A stretch of DNA of 64,000 nt, taken from the NCBI GenBank assembly GCA_035084275.1, contig CM068750.1, positions 9,548,001-9,612,000 of the forward strand, in the 5' to 3' direction. The position numbers and the translations under genes were made by a program. The notes under the pieces are model-generated. The model saw only the letters and a list, made by a program, of their open reading frames with translations, ran no database searches and was not told the origin of the DNA. The stretch is from Hydrolagus colliei. Taxonomy: Eukaryota. Every line of letters begins with the position of its first letter. The stretch's first letter is position 1. Positions 1 to 12,780 of this stretch are shown in pieces.

Positions 1-289
1 TTGCATGTGAATGTTTAACTAAAATGTAAAACAAATTGAAGGAAGCTATTGGATGATTAAATGTGGAGATTATCAGATCAGCAATGGAAAACAAAATCAA
101 CAGAAGAGAAATTACAAGTACAATGAAAAGACATTGCATAGGTTCCATTATAAATAAATACATCTATTGCACCAAATAGTGTGGTTTGAAACTCCAAACC
201 TGAATGATTCCTAAACTAATATTACGTAGATAAACCACAAAAGACTGAAACTAAAACTCCTTCAAGTTTTAGAAAGATGAAGAGATATC

Positions 290-350
290 ATGAACTAATA
301 AACTGCAGAGCAGGCTCGATGAGCTGAATAGGCTACTCCTATACCCATTA
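290..350 (+). mobile_element. CR1 LINE 3' UTR remnant
   Basis: GAGCAGGCTCGATGAGCTGAATAGGCTACTCCT resembles the CR1 3' end at 7548-7580 of this window (GAACAGGCTTGAAGGGCTGAATGGCCTACTCC). Confidence 0.5.
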
Positions 351-1112
351 GAATTCTGCATTCAATTTTGCACAGGCCATCGCATTTGCTTGTCTCCATA
401 TTTTTTAAGAGTGGGCAACCCAGCCAATGGGGTGAACTGTAAAATTCACTCAGTATTTAATCTGTTACAAATTAGGAACCTGTTTTTAATCTGTTAAAAT
501 ACAGAATCTGGATTCTGCAGTAGTGACAGCACAACTTTCACTTGCCATTTCATAGGGTGATTTCACAGACAGGTTGTTAAAAATGTCAGTACTGGTATTC
601 AGAGAAACAAAAAGGTGCTGAACTGATACCCAACTGTGCAGGAAGGAAGCTCAGTGCTGAATCTTCAATTATACAGTCATAGCAAGTAATCAACTCTTTC
701 TGCTTAAGTTTTTTCCTGAAGTCCTCATGCCAACAACATTTCCTTTTTAAAAAAAATTTCAGCCACAAGATATTTTGTACTTGCTATTTTAGAATAGGTG
801 ACATTCACTTCCTTTAGTATGGTGTTTAAAATGTAAAGATTGAATCTATGAAATGCTTTTTTTTCCTCCTAAAAATTCACTTATATAATGCCAGAATTCC
901 AGCAGCTGACATATTCAACAACCTGTCTGTTAGCTGCTTGGACCTTTTTAGCAGAAAATTTAGCAACTTTGCAATTCGCCATGAACTGAGAGCTGCTGTT
1001 TGTGCAGCTGCTGATCAGAGGTACAGTAGTACAGTACAGTACACACATTATTAGCAGGCACACAGTTACACCTAAACATGCCAGTAAATGCTACTGCCCT
1101 TCAAACAAAACT

Positions 1113-1221
1113 CACCCACAAAATACATACAGTCATATCACTTAATAGTATATTCTGCTAATCTCTTTGAGATGTTTTGATGACATGAAAAGTTGCTGTA
1201 TCAATGCAAGGATTTTTATTT
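1113..1221 (+). mobile_element. tRNA-SINE 3' fragment (diverged)
   Basis: CCCACAAAATACATACAGTC...GTATATTCTG...TTTGAGATG...ATCAATGCAAGGATTTTT matches the 3' end of the SINE copies at 4130-4435 and 60834-61137. Confidence 0.6.
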
Positions 1222-1487
1222 CGTATATATTTTATGGAAATTAACTCTTATTCATACTGGTGTGTGTTCAGTAGTTACTGTATGTTGCCAATGTGAACAA
1301 GGGAATAATAGAATGCCCAGAGCTGGTAATTCTTATGTGTATAGAGATTATAAAACAAGACAAAACTTATTTGACAAAAACAAGAAATAAACATCTAGCA
1401 CTTTACTGCATAGTTAGTCAGAATATAGTAAGTGCGGGGTGGGTGTTATCTAACCTGATGGAGAGCAGATTGTATTTGCCCCAAGTG

Positions 1488-1598
1488 GGCCCACAAATAG
1501 ACAGTCATTTCACTTTACAGTATATTCTGTGAAGAACTTTGAGACGTCGAGAAGACATGAAAAGTGCTATATCAAAATGCAAGCACTATTTATTATTT
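1488..1598 (+). mobile_element. tRNA-SINE 3' fragment
   Basis: CCCACAAATAGACAGTCATTTCACTTTACAGTATATTCTGTGAAG...GCTATATCAAAATGCAAG plus an ATT-rich tail, shared with other in-window copies. Confidence 0.75.
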
Positions 1599-4129
1599 TA
1601 GATGGTGCATATTATTTGCCAGAGTTATCCAATAAAAAAAGAGGCATGCACCTTTAAGTGTAAAAGTACCTTATTATGAGCACAGAATCGCATACCTACA
1701 TCATTACCATCCACGGTCAGGACAGCTTTAATTTGCAGTTGGTAATTTGTCACTAGAAGCTCACCATGATTAGTCTTCTTATTGCACCAGCAGTTTTTAA
1801 TGTGGTGTGAATTACCTGCTGGGCTTGTTTTTACCACCCATTCAAAAAAGAAAATGACTTACAACTCTGATTTAAATTAAACAGTGGAATACAAAAACAA
1901 AGAAGAAGGGGGTTGGGTGGGGGGAGGGAGAGAAGGAAAATCTCAAAAATCCTCATTTATATATATAAAAAAGAATGAAGGTCTTGACATGGTCAGAGTT
2001 GTAATTTACACTTCTGCCCGACCTGCACCAGATCTTTCAGCTATATCCAAATGGAGCGCATCTCAGCTGTTACCAATTATATGGTTTTTGCTTTCAAACC
2101 AGCCATCACGAAGCAGCTGAGAATTCAAACAGACTTCTTTTGTGAAACCAAAAAATGACTTCGTTTTCTATTTATGTGAGATGCACCACAAAATGTTGCT
2201 CTACTTTGTCTTGTAAGCACAGCTTAGAATTAAAAGGTCTGCTTTCATTGAGCATCAGAAGGGGCTGTTAGGCAATTACACAGCACTTTGTGTTTTCAGT
2301 GCATGTTTGCTAGTGCACCTCCTCTTATGTTTGTCACCTTATGGCTTTGATTTCTTTGGTGCAAGGGTTGCTTTTAATTTGTGCCAACAGCCCATATAAA
2401 CAAGTGGTGCCATAAATGACTGATTACACGTCTTCTCGAACACTAACATTCAGAGGATATTTTACTTTCTGCTTGATTTCAGTTCCTTTTGCATTCGATC
2501 AATGCAAATCAATGTTTCTTCCTTTAACATGTCTCCCTGGTGAAGAGGATCTTCAGAAATTGTTATAAAATACTGTACAACAATGTGGTGCCATCTGGCC
2601 CTAATCATTGCTAGTGTGCATACATCAGGGTAATCGTTTAATTTAATTTAAGAATCTACTGAAGTATATAATAATTTTCTACTTCTCATTGCTTATCATA
2701 ATCCTCTCAATGTTATCAATCAGGAACCTTTGTCGGATCTCCTACATTGCAAGTGGCAAATAGTTTTACTGCATTAAGCACCCCTCTTATTTTACATTTT
2801 GTAAGCATCAATTTGATGCAAAATCTGCAGTATAAAAGCAAATCCCAGTCGTGGCATGGGACATGACTTTGCTGAAACCCACCTACTGAAAGTGGCTTCA
2901 GACACAAATCAATGTGATTGACTATAGGACATATGTATCTGGTTCAGTATTGATTCCAGGATTCTGTTCTCCCCTCTTCTGGTATCAAGCCATCATAAAC
3001 AATCTAAAAAAGGACAGCAACATTATGCGCATGGGTATCTGTTGCAGCCTAACTTTTCTCTGGCAATATCTTTTGTTCAATTTCCTTTTCATTCTACTGG
3101 GGCATGGTTCCATGGATATGGGCAGAACTGTTGCATCAAGTGCGAGATTGAATGACGTGAGTGGGCAATATAAATACACTCTACCTAACTCATATTGCTC
3201 TGCTGCCTGAAGCCAAGTTGCAAAGAATGGTGTAACAAAGTGAGGGTTAACACTGAGTGAAGATGAGGAAGGTGGAGGAAGATCACAGCGTTGAGTTTTA
3301 ACTGCAATTTTAAGAGCGGAGAAAAAGAAACACTTTGACAGTGATGAAAATGGCATCAAATGCTACCCAAAGTAAATGTAGGCATACTTAGCAGTTATTA
3401 TTTAATCCCTTTGTGTCTTCAGTTAGTGTTTTACTATGTAGTACCTGGGTGGTCAAAGTAACATTGTGTCAGTGACCTTCAAACCACAAATGGAGTTTAC
3501 TTTGTTACAGGATCACTGCTTATGTTAACAAGACAATCACATTGCCCTCTGAGAATTACAGAACCTCTGACCGCCCTAAGGGACCCTGACGTCTAGCTAA
3601 ACCCAACTCCAAATGAATGAAATCTATCCTCTGGGAGAGATCATCTGGAATATGCGATGTAGACCACTGAAATCATTCTCAAGTAAATTGTTTGATTTTC
3701 GAACAGGCGATCAACACCACTAACCACCCTGGAGATGAGAAATTAACAGTGAGCCCTTCTTCATTGGGGGTGGGGGGGAAGTGATCGACCCAAAAGATCA
3801 CTAGCCACACTCTGAATAAATGCAAACAAAAAAGAATGTACATTTAGTGTGGTTTATAATCTTTGTAAACATCTGGCTATTTGAGAATGTCACAATTGGG
3901 TAGAGAACGCAGTAGCCAGTTGAATATTGCAATTAGTGTCAGTGTTAGCTCCATAAATAACCAATTGTGCAGCAGAATGGAAAATATTATAGATAGCTCC
4001 ATATGATCAATCTCACTGACAGTTACACATATAAATGCATGGAACTTGTTCCCATTTCCAGTATATCGATGACTACCTCAGGTGTGCTGTCCTCAGAAGA
4101 AATAGCAATCAAGTAGGACGGAGGTGATC

Positions 4130-4435
4130 ATAATAATAATAATAATCATCCTTGCATTTGATGTAATGCTTTTCACATCTTCTACACATCTTAATATGCT
4201 TCACTGTAAAGTGAAGTGACTGTATATTCATGGGAGAAATGCGGCAGCCAATTGTGCACAGCAGTATCCCACAAATAGTCATGGATTGAAGTGATCAATT
4301 TATTATTGGGGGGGATTTCTTGAGGGATTATTATCAAACATGTGGAGTCAGGATACTTGCCCAAGGTTTTGTCCTGCCTGGAATCGAACACAGGTCTCTC
4401 ACTTGTAAGGCAAATGCTCTAACCATGGAGCCTAA
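4130..4435 (-). mobile_element. Full-length short (~300 bp) tRNA-derived SINE
   Basis: Minus strand reads a tRNA-like head (GGCTCCATGGTTAGAGCA, B-box GTTCGATTCC), body GGGCAAGTATCCTGACTCCAC, DeuSINE-like 3' part (GCTGTGCACAATTGGCTGCCGC), then ATCAAATGCAAGG and an (ATT)n tail; colinear with copies at 56556, 60522 and 60834. Confidence 0.9.
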
Positions 4436-4499
4436 CTGTATCAATCACAAACTGGATTAATTTCTGCACTGGTTTGCAAATGTCAGGTTTCACGATTCG

Positions 4500-4792
4500 C
4501 AAATGGTGAATTGCAGACTCCAGATCCAGGAACCCTGCCGCCATTTCCCCAGGCTTTTTTCCATTCTGCTCCCACTCTCTGTAATCCTATCCCTTTCTCC
4601 TCCTCCTCTCTCCTAAAGTCCACCTCAAGATTTACCACTTTTAGTTTTTTAGTTGCACTTTTAGTCATCTTTCCCGTTCTCCACTCTCTTCAGCTCCCAC
4701 CTCCCCTTCAGCTCAGATGCCCAGCCAGCAGCGTAAAGCACTTTGCGATGACTTCCCAACGTGAAAGACTCCATCTAATAATTATATTATTA
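4500..4792 (+). mobile_element. L2 LINE 3' end remnant
   Basis: ORF-track peptide QAFFHSAPTLCNPIP...LLKST resembles the L2 ORF2 C-terminus (RAFSxxAPxLWNxLP...LLKT); followed by an L2-type tail GTAAAGCACTTTGCGATG...CGTGAAAGACTCCAT. Confidence 0.55.
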
Positions 4793-4859
4793 TGTATAGC
4801 ATGGCAAGGTGGATTCCCAGATCATCCTGCATAATTGTTCACAGGTGAGAAGTAACTGA

Positions 4860-5095
4860 GAATGCTCCTGTTTGCCTCAGCACCCTGGGTTATAGAAAGA
4901 ATACAACCATGTTTTCTGTGCCTGATTATTATCTGGACCCCTTTAAGCATTCACAGTGGTTAATGTCAATTAACCAGTCAGATTCAGTGTCAAATAGTGC
5001 ACCAACACTCAGGGTTGAGCACTGTGTAAATAATGGTCACTTGAGGAAGGTATTGTAGGTTGCTTAGTACCCATAAAATCATGCCCAAGAGAGAG
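4860..5095 (+). mobile_element. Old unclassified SINE-like repeat
   Basis: TAATGGTCACTTGAGGAAGGTATTG recurs as TAATGGCCACTTGAGTAGGATACT near 13120; GCATTCACAGTGGTTAAT recurs approximately in reverse near 15985-16003. Family not identified. Confidence 0.35.
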
Positions 5096-6679
5096 AAAAT
5101 AGGTGTCAGAAGCTAAGAAGACGGAAAAGGGAAAGAAAAACTAGAGATGAGAAATTAACAGAGAAAAGCTGCAAAAAAAATTGCAAAGCAGACATTTTTT
5201 GATAATTATTAGTTATTTAAGAGCTAATGATTACAGAGAAAAATGATTGAGTTTGTGTACACAGTACAGGTCTAGCTGTGTAAAAACAGCTTTCTTTACT
5301 CTCTTGCTGAATATATGCAATACCGTAACTTAGTACATTTATTTACTCAATATTTTTCCTGAAAAGATAGGTTTGAAAAATACTACTTTTACCTTGGTAT
5401 TCTTGCCTAAAAGCTTAGTCTTTCACTAGTCCCCAATAAATCTTACAATGCTGTGTCACTTTTCCATCTTTCAAAAGGTTGTAATAGACAGGTTTTGCAT
5501 TTAATCTTTTTTGGCACCATTTTAAAAGGTTACAGATGGCTCGGCCAAACTAAACTATTATTTAGTGTTTGAGTGTAATGTCAGTCTCATTTTGTTTTCA
5601 GTATTGTTTGCACTTCGCCTTTGTAAAAGGTTCTTGATTGAGCTATACAGAAGCAGATATTTCTATCATTCTGTGTGATCAATGAAGATGTGTTTACCAG
5701 GCCCAGGACACAATGTACACTCTGCAATAATGGCTTTTAGTCTCTTTGTTGACGGAAAGCTTTTTCTATGTAACTTGTCAATCTCGCAACTGTTACTTGA
5801 TTGCAATATGAGACACTGTTAGTATAGCTAAGAAACAAATAATTCTCTCTATCAAACTGAAACTAATATGTGAAAAGTCAAGCAGTATATTTATTCATAC
5901 TAAGTTATTGAATTGTTTGCCTAATGTTTCTATTTTGAAACATATTTTACAAATAATGTAGAAATGTACCATATTGAAGCATGCCTTTTCAGTCCAACTA
6001 TCATGAATATACATTCCAACACTGTCTTTTCTCCTTAGAATAAATTGTTTTCGCTCCCGCCCCGCGGCAAAGCAACTGTGTTCTTTGAGCTCTCTAACCC
6101 ATTGAGGGATCATGACAACAGCAGTTTAATAAGATAAGTATTGCCATGATGGATATGATTATTTCAGAACTGAAGGACAAGTGTTTTTGGTTCCTGGGAA
6201 AATACACTTATCTCTGTTGGCACTTGTAAGATCCGTAAGATTCATCGAAAATCAGGATCAATGATTGTACAAAGTCAATAGTTGTTCTCAGTCATGAATA
6301 TCAAGCGATCTAGAATCCTGAATATTGAACCATCTCTTTTTTTGATTCAAAGTGTATCAAGATACAATTTGAATACACGTTTCTTAAGGTGTGAGAGTCT
6401 GTGTTCTAGTCAGATTTGGGTACTTTCATTGCCTTGCTGCTCTCTCCGTGTTTTGCATTTGTCAAGCATGGTACTTAAAGCCATCAAAGCCTTTCTAGCC
6501 TCCCCCACTTATATGTGGAAATTAATTTTAAAACAGGGTGTGTTTAATCTGCATGAACTGAATTACTAATGAAAGTTCCTAACTAAATTTCGAAGAAGCA
6601 CCCATTGATCATTCCTCCATACAGCTTCTGTAAAATTGGATTCTGTAAAATCCAAACGGTGGAATAATTATCACATTTT

Positions 6680-7587
6680 CACTAAACTAGGAGATTCAGT
6701 AAATTGTGTAGATGATAATAGGAAGTTATCAAGGGATTTAGACAGATTAAGTGAGTGGGCAAAGTTGCAGCAGATGGAGTTCAATATAGAGAAGTGCGAG
6801 GTCAACCACTATAGACTGGAAAAAGATAAAGCAGAATATTTTCTCAATGAGGAGAGATTGAGAATTGGAGGAGCAAAGAGATTTGGGTGTCCGTATCCAA
6901 AAACTAATAAAAACTAGTTCCCAGGTGCAAAAAGTAATAAAAATGGCTGATGGAATGTTGGCCTTTATATCAAGAGGCCTAGATATAATGGGGAAGAGGG
7001 GGGAAGAAATGGTGCTTCAGCTACATAGAGCGTTAGTCAGACTGCACCTAGAGTACTGCATTCAGTTTTGGGCACACCTCAAGGAAAGATATATTGGCCC
7101 TGGAAGGGGTTGCAGTGCAGCTTCACCAGAATGTTACTAGGCCTAAAAGAGTTGTTACGAGGAAAGGCTGCATAAACTTGGATTGTATTTCCTTGAGTTT
7201 AGAAGGTTGAGGGGTGATTTGATTGATGTATTTAAGATGATAAAGGGATTTGATAGGGTAGATACTATTTCCTCTGGTAGGGGAATCCAAAAGAAGAGGC
7301 CAACAAATTAGAACTAGGCCATCTAAGAGTGAAATCAGGAAGCATTTTTTCCTCTCAAAGTGTGGTAGAAATCTGGAATTCTCTCCCCAAAAAGAACTGT
7401 GGGTGCTGGATCCATCCACACCTTCAGGAAGTGAGGTTGATAGATTTTTGGTAGGTCAGGGTATTAAGGGATATGGGGAGAAAGCGAGAAATCAAAATTG
7501 AAAGGATTAGTTGAGGTACAGATCAGCCATGATCTAATTAAATGGCGGAACAGGCTTGAAGGGCTGAATGGCCTACTCCAATGTTCA
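6680..7587 (+). mobile_element. CR1 LINE, 5'-truncated, frameshifted ORF2 3' portion plus 3' UTR
   Basis: Peptides TKLG..DLDRLSEWA..QMEFNIEKCEV, EQRDLGV and LVRLHLEYCIQFW align with the intact ORF2 at 56941-58041; ends with CR1 3' UTR GATCAGCCATGATCT...GGGCTGAATGGCCTACTCC. Confidence 0.9.
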
Positions 7588-9109
7588 TAACAGGAACACA
7601 ATAAGAATTCTTCTTAAATATTTGCTTTGAGTAATAATGCAGTTTCGAAAATCTTCACTCATAGTGCTTCATCTGCAATCAATGCCATTTTTCTAACTGG
7701 TAACCACTTTCCCCATGTTTAACAGCTAATTTTCACAAGTAAAATAAACCTGGCTATCTCACAGCACAGAACTGCTCCCAAATGTCACTCTTTGATGTTG
7801 TCTCAACATCAGAGGACTGAATGCTGACAGCAGCATGCCACCTGGTCCGGTTGACCTCTGTTCACAATCTACTCTGTGCCGTGCTGTGCAGAGGAGGTGC
7901 AAAGTATTGCCACCAATTTGTATTCTGCTTCAATCAAGAATTCATACTTTCTACTGTCAGCAAAGGTGAAACTCAAACTATTCTATCTTCTATTACATTA
8001 AGATCGCCCCCTAATCTGCTTTCTCGATATTAAAAAAAATGCTAGGAGAAATTCAGGGCGAAATGAAATTTGTACTGAAATCTTTAGGTTATAGATGCAA
8101 GTGTACATTTTCAAGTGGATAATTCACCCCCAACCCAAGATTATGACTTTAACATTCTATAAATTAATGCTTCCTTCATGGTATCAACAACAGCATGTAT
8201 GGACCGATATATTTTATATGAAGCCATGATTTTGTTAAACTGTGTTCTCTGATAGTTAAATTGCAGCTATTCACATGTGTCAGTTAGGTGGCAAAAGTTG
8301 TGTGTGCCTTTTTGTTTTGACAAGTTTGCCTTTGTATCTTTCAAGGATTTTTTTTAGAAATATATACACCTGTCATTCTACCAACATCTCTGGGAAATAA
8401 ACCTTTCACTAAGACATACCTATATGTGCTCAGCATATCCCCATACCTACAGCCTATTTTACTAATCACCGTCGCTCAGGGACATTGATGTGGTACTATA
8501 CATTTTTGTCAATGGTCTCTTAAACAGACACATCGTTTTAAGCTAAGTTTTTAGCAATTTTACATTAAGTGTCCATGTACCTCCATGTAATGTGTTCAAT
8601 ACTGCCAGTATCTAAGAAGCCTTAAGCAAAAATGTACAAGTGTGAGACATCTCATGATTGTGATGCAAAACTCGGTGACAGGTTTTAACACTGGTAGTAC
8701 AGCCTTCTGAAGGGTGCTGAAATATGCAGTCAAGATGCAGTCCTTCTGTAGTGTATGCTGTGGTTCATTAGGACTTTCTTTGATAATATGTATAATTTGG
8801 GCATGAAAGGTAAATAATGATTTGCAGGCTTACACATCAACACACAACACTTTTCTTATTAATGTGGTGATGAGTTTAGTGGAGTTCCAAGCTGTCAGCT
8901 TAGTGGACAGGTACTGGTTACTAATTTATTGCAGAAACTGCTTTGCTTTGAAGATGTAACACTCTGCTCTACTGTGTCCTTGCAGCACTTCTGCTCAATG
9001 AAGTGGAGCTGTGTGTTACTTAATTACTTTATTTGCTTAAATGCATACTACTCTCTCCTCTTTGTATAATATGAGTTTTCCATTTGAAAACTAATTTTCA
9101 AATCTTTTG

Positions 9110-9335
9110 AAAGGAGAAGGGAATTTCTAGTGGTGTTCTTGCCACCAGACCTCTAGATTAATTGGTCATTCACCTCACAGCTGCTTGTGGGATCATGCGG
9201 GGTGGGGGGGGGGGGTGCAAATAGCTCTTGTGTTTACCTTACAAAAACAATCACAACACCTCACGGAAATTGCTTGTGAAATGTTTAGAGACATTTCAAC
9301 ATGATAAGATGTTCTAAAAATACACATTCTTTTTT
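9110..9335 (+). mobile_element. Deu-domain SINE 3' half (old)
   Basis: AGATTAATTGGTCATTCACCTCACAGCTGCTTGTGGGATC...GTGAAATGTTTAGAGACAT...ATGATAAGATGTTCTA resembles the SacSINE1/AmnSINE1-type 3' region; interrupted by a G-run at ~9199-9215. Confidence 0.6.
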
Positions 9336-12300
9336 CCTTTCTTTTAAATTGAATTGACACAAATTCTGCAATATGACTGTACCTTCAGTGTCAAACTAAG
9401 AACCCCAGGTTGGTAACCCAAGGACATTTGCTGCTGTTTGGTTCAATTAATAACCTGTGAGGAACCAGTATTGGCAAACCCATGCTCTGCAAAATCCTGG
9501 CCAACATTTTCCTGGATAAAATTGAACTCACTTCTGTTTAAAACAGCCTTCCCTTTTACCAACTGAAGAGTGAGGGAGTAGGTAAATTGCTCAGTCTCTT
9601 GGCTTGGCTAAAAGCTGGCAGAATTCACCAAAACAGAGTCAGCAAGTTGGTGTGACAAAAGGACTCAGACTCAAACTAGTTGAGTCTTCTGGTTGGGAAT
9701 TAATCACATCTAGGTAATGGGTCGCTAGCCAGATTATTTTGAATGGTTCAGAACTGAATTAGAAGCACTATAATACAGTCTAGCTGCACCAAATTAAGAT
9801 TCAATTGAATTTTTATTTAATGCAATCTACATTTTTATATCAAACAGAACACTGTATGAATACCCTGTTGGTTATAAATTATATTCATTCTTTTGGAAGC
9901 ATAATGAAAAAGCAATAAAGGTATTTTTAATGTTATTTTCCCTTTTCTCGTATCCCTTGTGTGTGATGCTGAATGGCTTTGAATGGTGACAACATAGGGC
10001 CCTGTTTTGAACAGTGTTGCCTTTAGCTCACAGAATACAGTATATGAAACATATGCAGAAGTGCTTCAGTATTCACTGAAACACACTGCTCAATGGTTTG
10101 GCAAAAGCCTTTAAAGCCATGGACTGCTTTACCTGATTTGTTGAATATCTGTGCAGAACAGTCTCATTTAACCCATAAGAGCAAGTTTACAAGTGGATCC
10201 TATTATCATGTCACAACCATGAAAACCAGAGACATGAACGAATGTGTTGTGCAAGTGCAGCACAAGCATTGACAATTAGGCTTGACTGGGCAGTGGGAGA
10301 ATGTGAGGCCGAATATAAAGTGTGCATTTAGTTTGATAGGTTTCTGCTGTGATACTTGATGTTGTTTTTACCTGCAATGGACTAAGTGGATTCATGTTGC
10401 TGCACGTTTTACATGAAAACTCATAGCAGCTGAACTCCAAGTTTTCCCCTTCAGCTTATGGCAGATGTCCAATGCTCCATACTTATTAAACCTTTAACCT
10501 CCTGATGACTTGGGTATCTGCCTTTCTGGAAAAATTACACTGGGATAAAATATCTGCTTCAGAAGCGGCGGGTAGAGGTTCAAAATATTCCCACCTTGCA
10601 TTTCTGTGGGCATTAAGGGCATTGTGAGAAACCCAATCAATAGCAACGCATCTGATACTTATACTGTTTGCAAGTCAATAAGAGGAACTTGACATTCCTG
10701 TAATTCGATTTTCATGCAGTGTCACTTTGCAGATCAGTAACATGTAGTGAATAGCACACTAATACTAATTGCATGTCCACGCCTCTATTTGAATGCTAAA
10801 TATCAGTATTCAACCAAGTTTGCAGGTCTATGGTTCACATGAATTCCACATGGCATTCAGCAACATTTCGGCAGCTGTACACTGTTTTCACAATACCTCC
10901 GTTTGTGAATACTCTACCAATACAAAAGCTCTGCATATTTGCCAAAAAATACAATTTTACAGAACTGCAGAAGCTTAGTGACTAAAGGCCTTAGTTTTGG
11001 TCAGGCCGCCATTCTGGCTACACGCAAATCTAATTCTAAGTGACTTTTTTGTCCACCCGGGCCAATTGGATAAAGCACGATTCATCTGTATTTTGATACA
11101 GAGATTATAAACTGCTATAGTAACATAACATTACATGTCAATTTCCTCAGGTGTTGCCACACATATATATATATAGATAGCATGTTTGTTATATTTTTGA
11201 GGAGAATGCATTTTAAAAGTTCAAGATGCCAGCGAAGAAAACTATATAATATTCAGCATCCTAAAATTTTGGAAGCTGTACATTAGATTAATGTCCAAGT
11301 GATGGAACATGAAACTTTGTACTTTCATCCAAAGTAGCTGCTGTAAGGATAATATTAGGCACTGGTCCAGTCTACCCTGTTTAAACAACCAAGTCTACCA
11401 AGATCAGCAGTGGATGGCATACCATTCTGACTATCCTGAATCGTGTCAAATGATGTATAGTGCACAAGAGGCTGTTCAAGTGACACAGCAGACACCAGTG
11501 AACATTGATTCAAAACCAGCAAATGGCTGTTTGATTAAAACCCTCCACTGTAGAATATGTAGTGCATTCATACTTGCATGATCTGTGGTACAACTGTGGT
11601 TTATGACTATTGTATTCCACTTGATTCATCATCTTAACAAATACCTTGGCATCTGAAATAATAGTTAAATCAGTTATGAAGCAAATGATCTAAATATAGA
11701 CTATAATAATTGCTATTTCAGGAAACGTAAGCCATATTGTTGATTTTTCCCTTTTAGTAAGAGTATTGAAAGTACATACAGTTGTTATTTTAGGCAACAG
11801 AAATCCCTCCTTGTGGTAACAGAGAAGGAAATCGCATTTTAAAAGATTTGGCAAAATGAGATGGGGATTGTTGAATCATAACTGTTATTTCCTGCAAAAA
11901 CATTAGCAGTCAATGTACGCATGGATTCAAACCAGTTGAACAGAAACACAAGGTATCCAGCATTGTCAGTTTTGCACAGGAAAGGGACAAATTGTGAGGG
12001 AAAAAAAGAAACAAACCATTAGAACAATGCATTATAAAAAAGAATAAAAGAGAAAGGCACGGGTACAAAATGAAAAATCATGATGCGAAAGACGACAACA
12101 CACAACAGAATAGATTTTTGCTTTATTTCTGAGGAACTAGCTCTTCCATCACTCTCGCTTAGCTTTCTTTCCTCTCTGTTCAACCTGTCAGGAAATTAGA
12201 CACTAACCCTCTCCTCATTATAATACGCTCCACGGAAGCCAAGCATTCTGCATGCTGTAACAAGGCAGGTACTGTAGTGACTGTTGTTTCCTAAATTAAC

Positions 12301-12742
12301 AGAGGATGCAATGGGAAAACATTGGGAATGGTTCTATAGTTTTATAACAGAAATGCAGATTTGTTATAATTGTGAGCTGTGTAAAATGATGAAGATAAAG
12401 AAAACATTGAGAGAGCTGGCAGTAAACAAAAGCATTAAGCATGTTCTTAAAATTATGTACTACATACTGTGGTATTTTATCTTTTATGTTAGATTAAAAC
12501 TGTCCCAGTCCAACCCCATGATGGTCAGTGTGGTAAGGTTGTGCTTTAATAGTATCACAAATCCGTCAACACCAAAGTACATTTAAAGATAGAGGATTTG
12601 CCCTATAAAAGGTAGGCAGTGAAAGACTGGGAATAAATCGGTGTCTCCACTGTCATTTTGAGGACAGTATTCACCACTTTCTGCACCAACAGCTCCCTGA
12701 AAGACTATTGGAAATTATTCTGTTAAATCCATAGATACTAAT

Positions 12743-12780
12743 ACACACACACATACACACACACATACACGCATGCACAC
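12743..12780. repeat. Imperfect (CA)n microsatellite
   Basis: ACACACACACATACACACACACATACACGCATGCACAC read directly. Confidence 0.9.
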
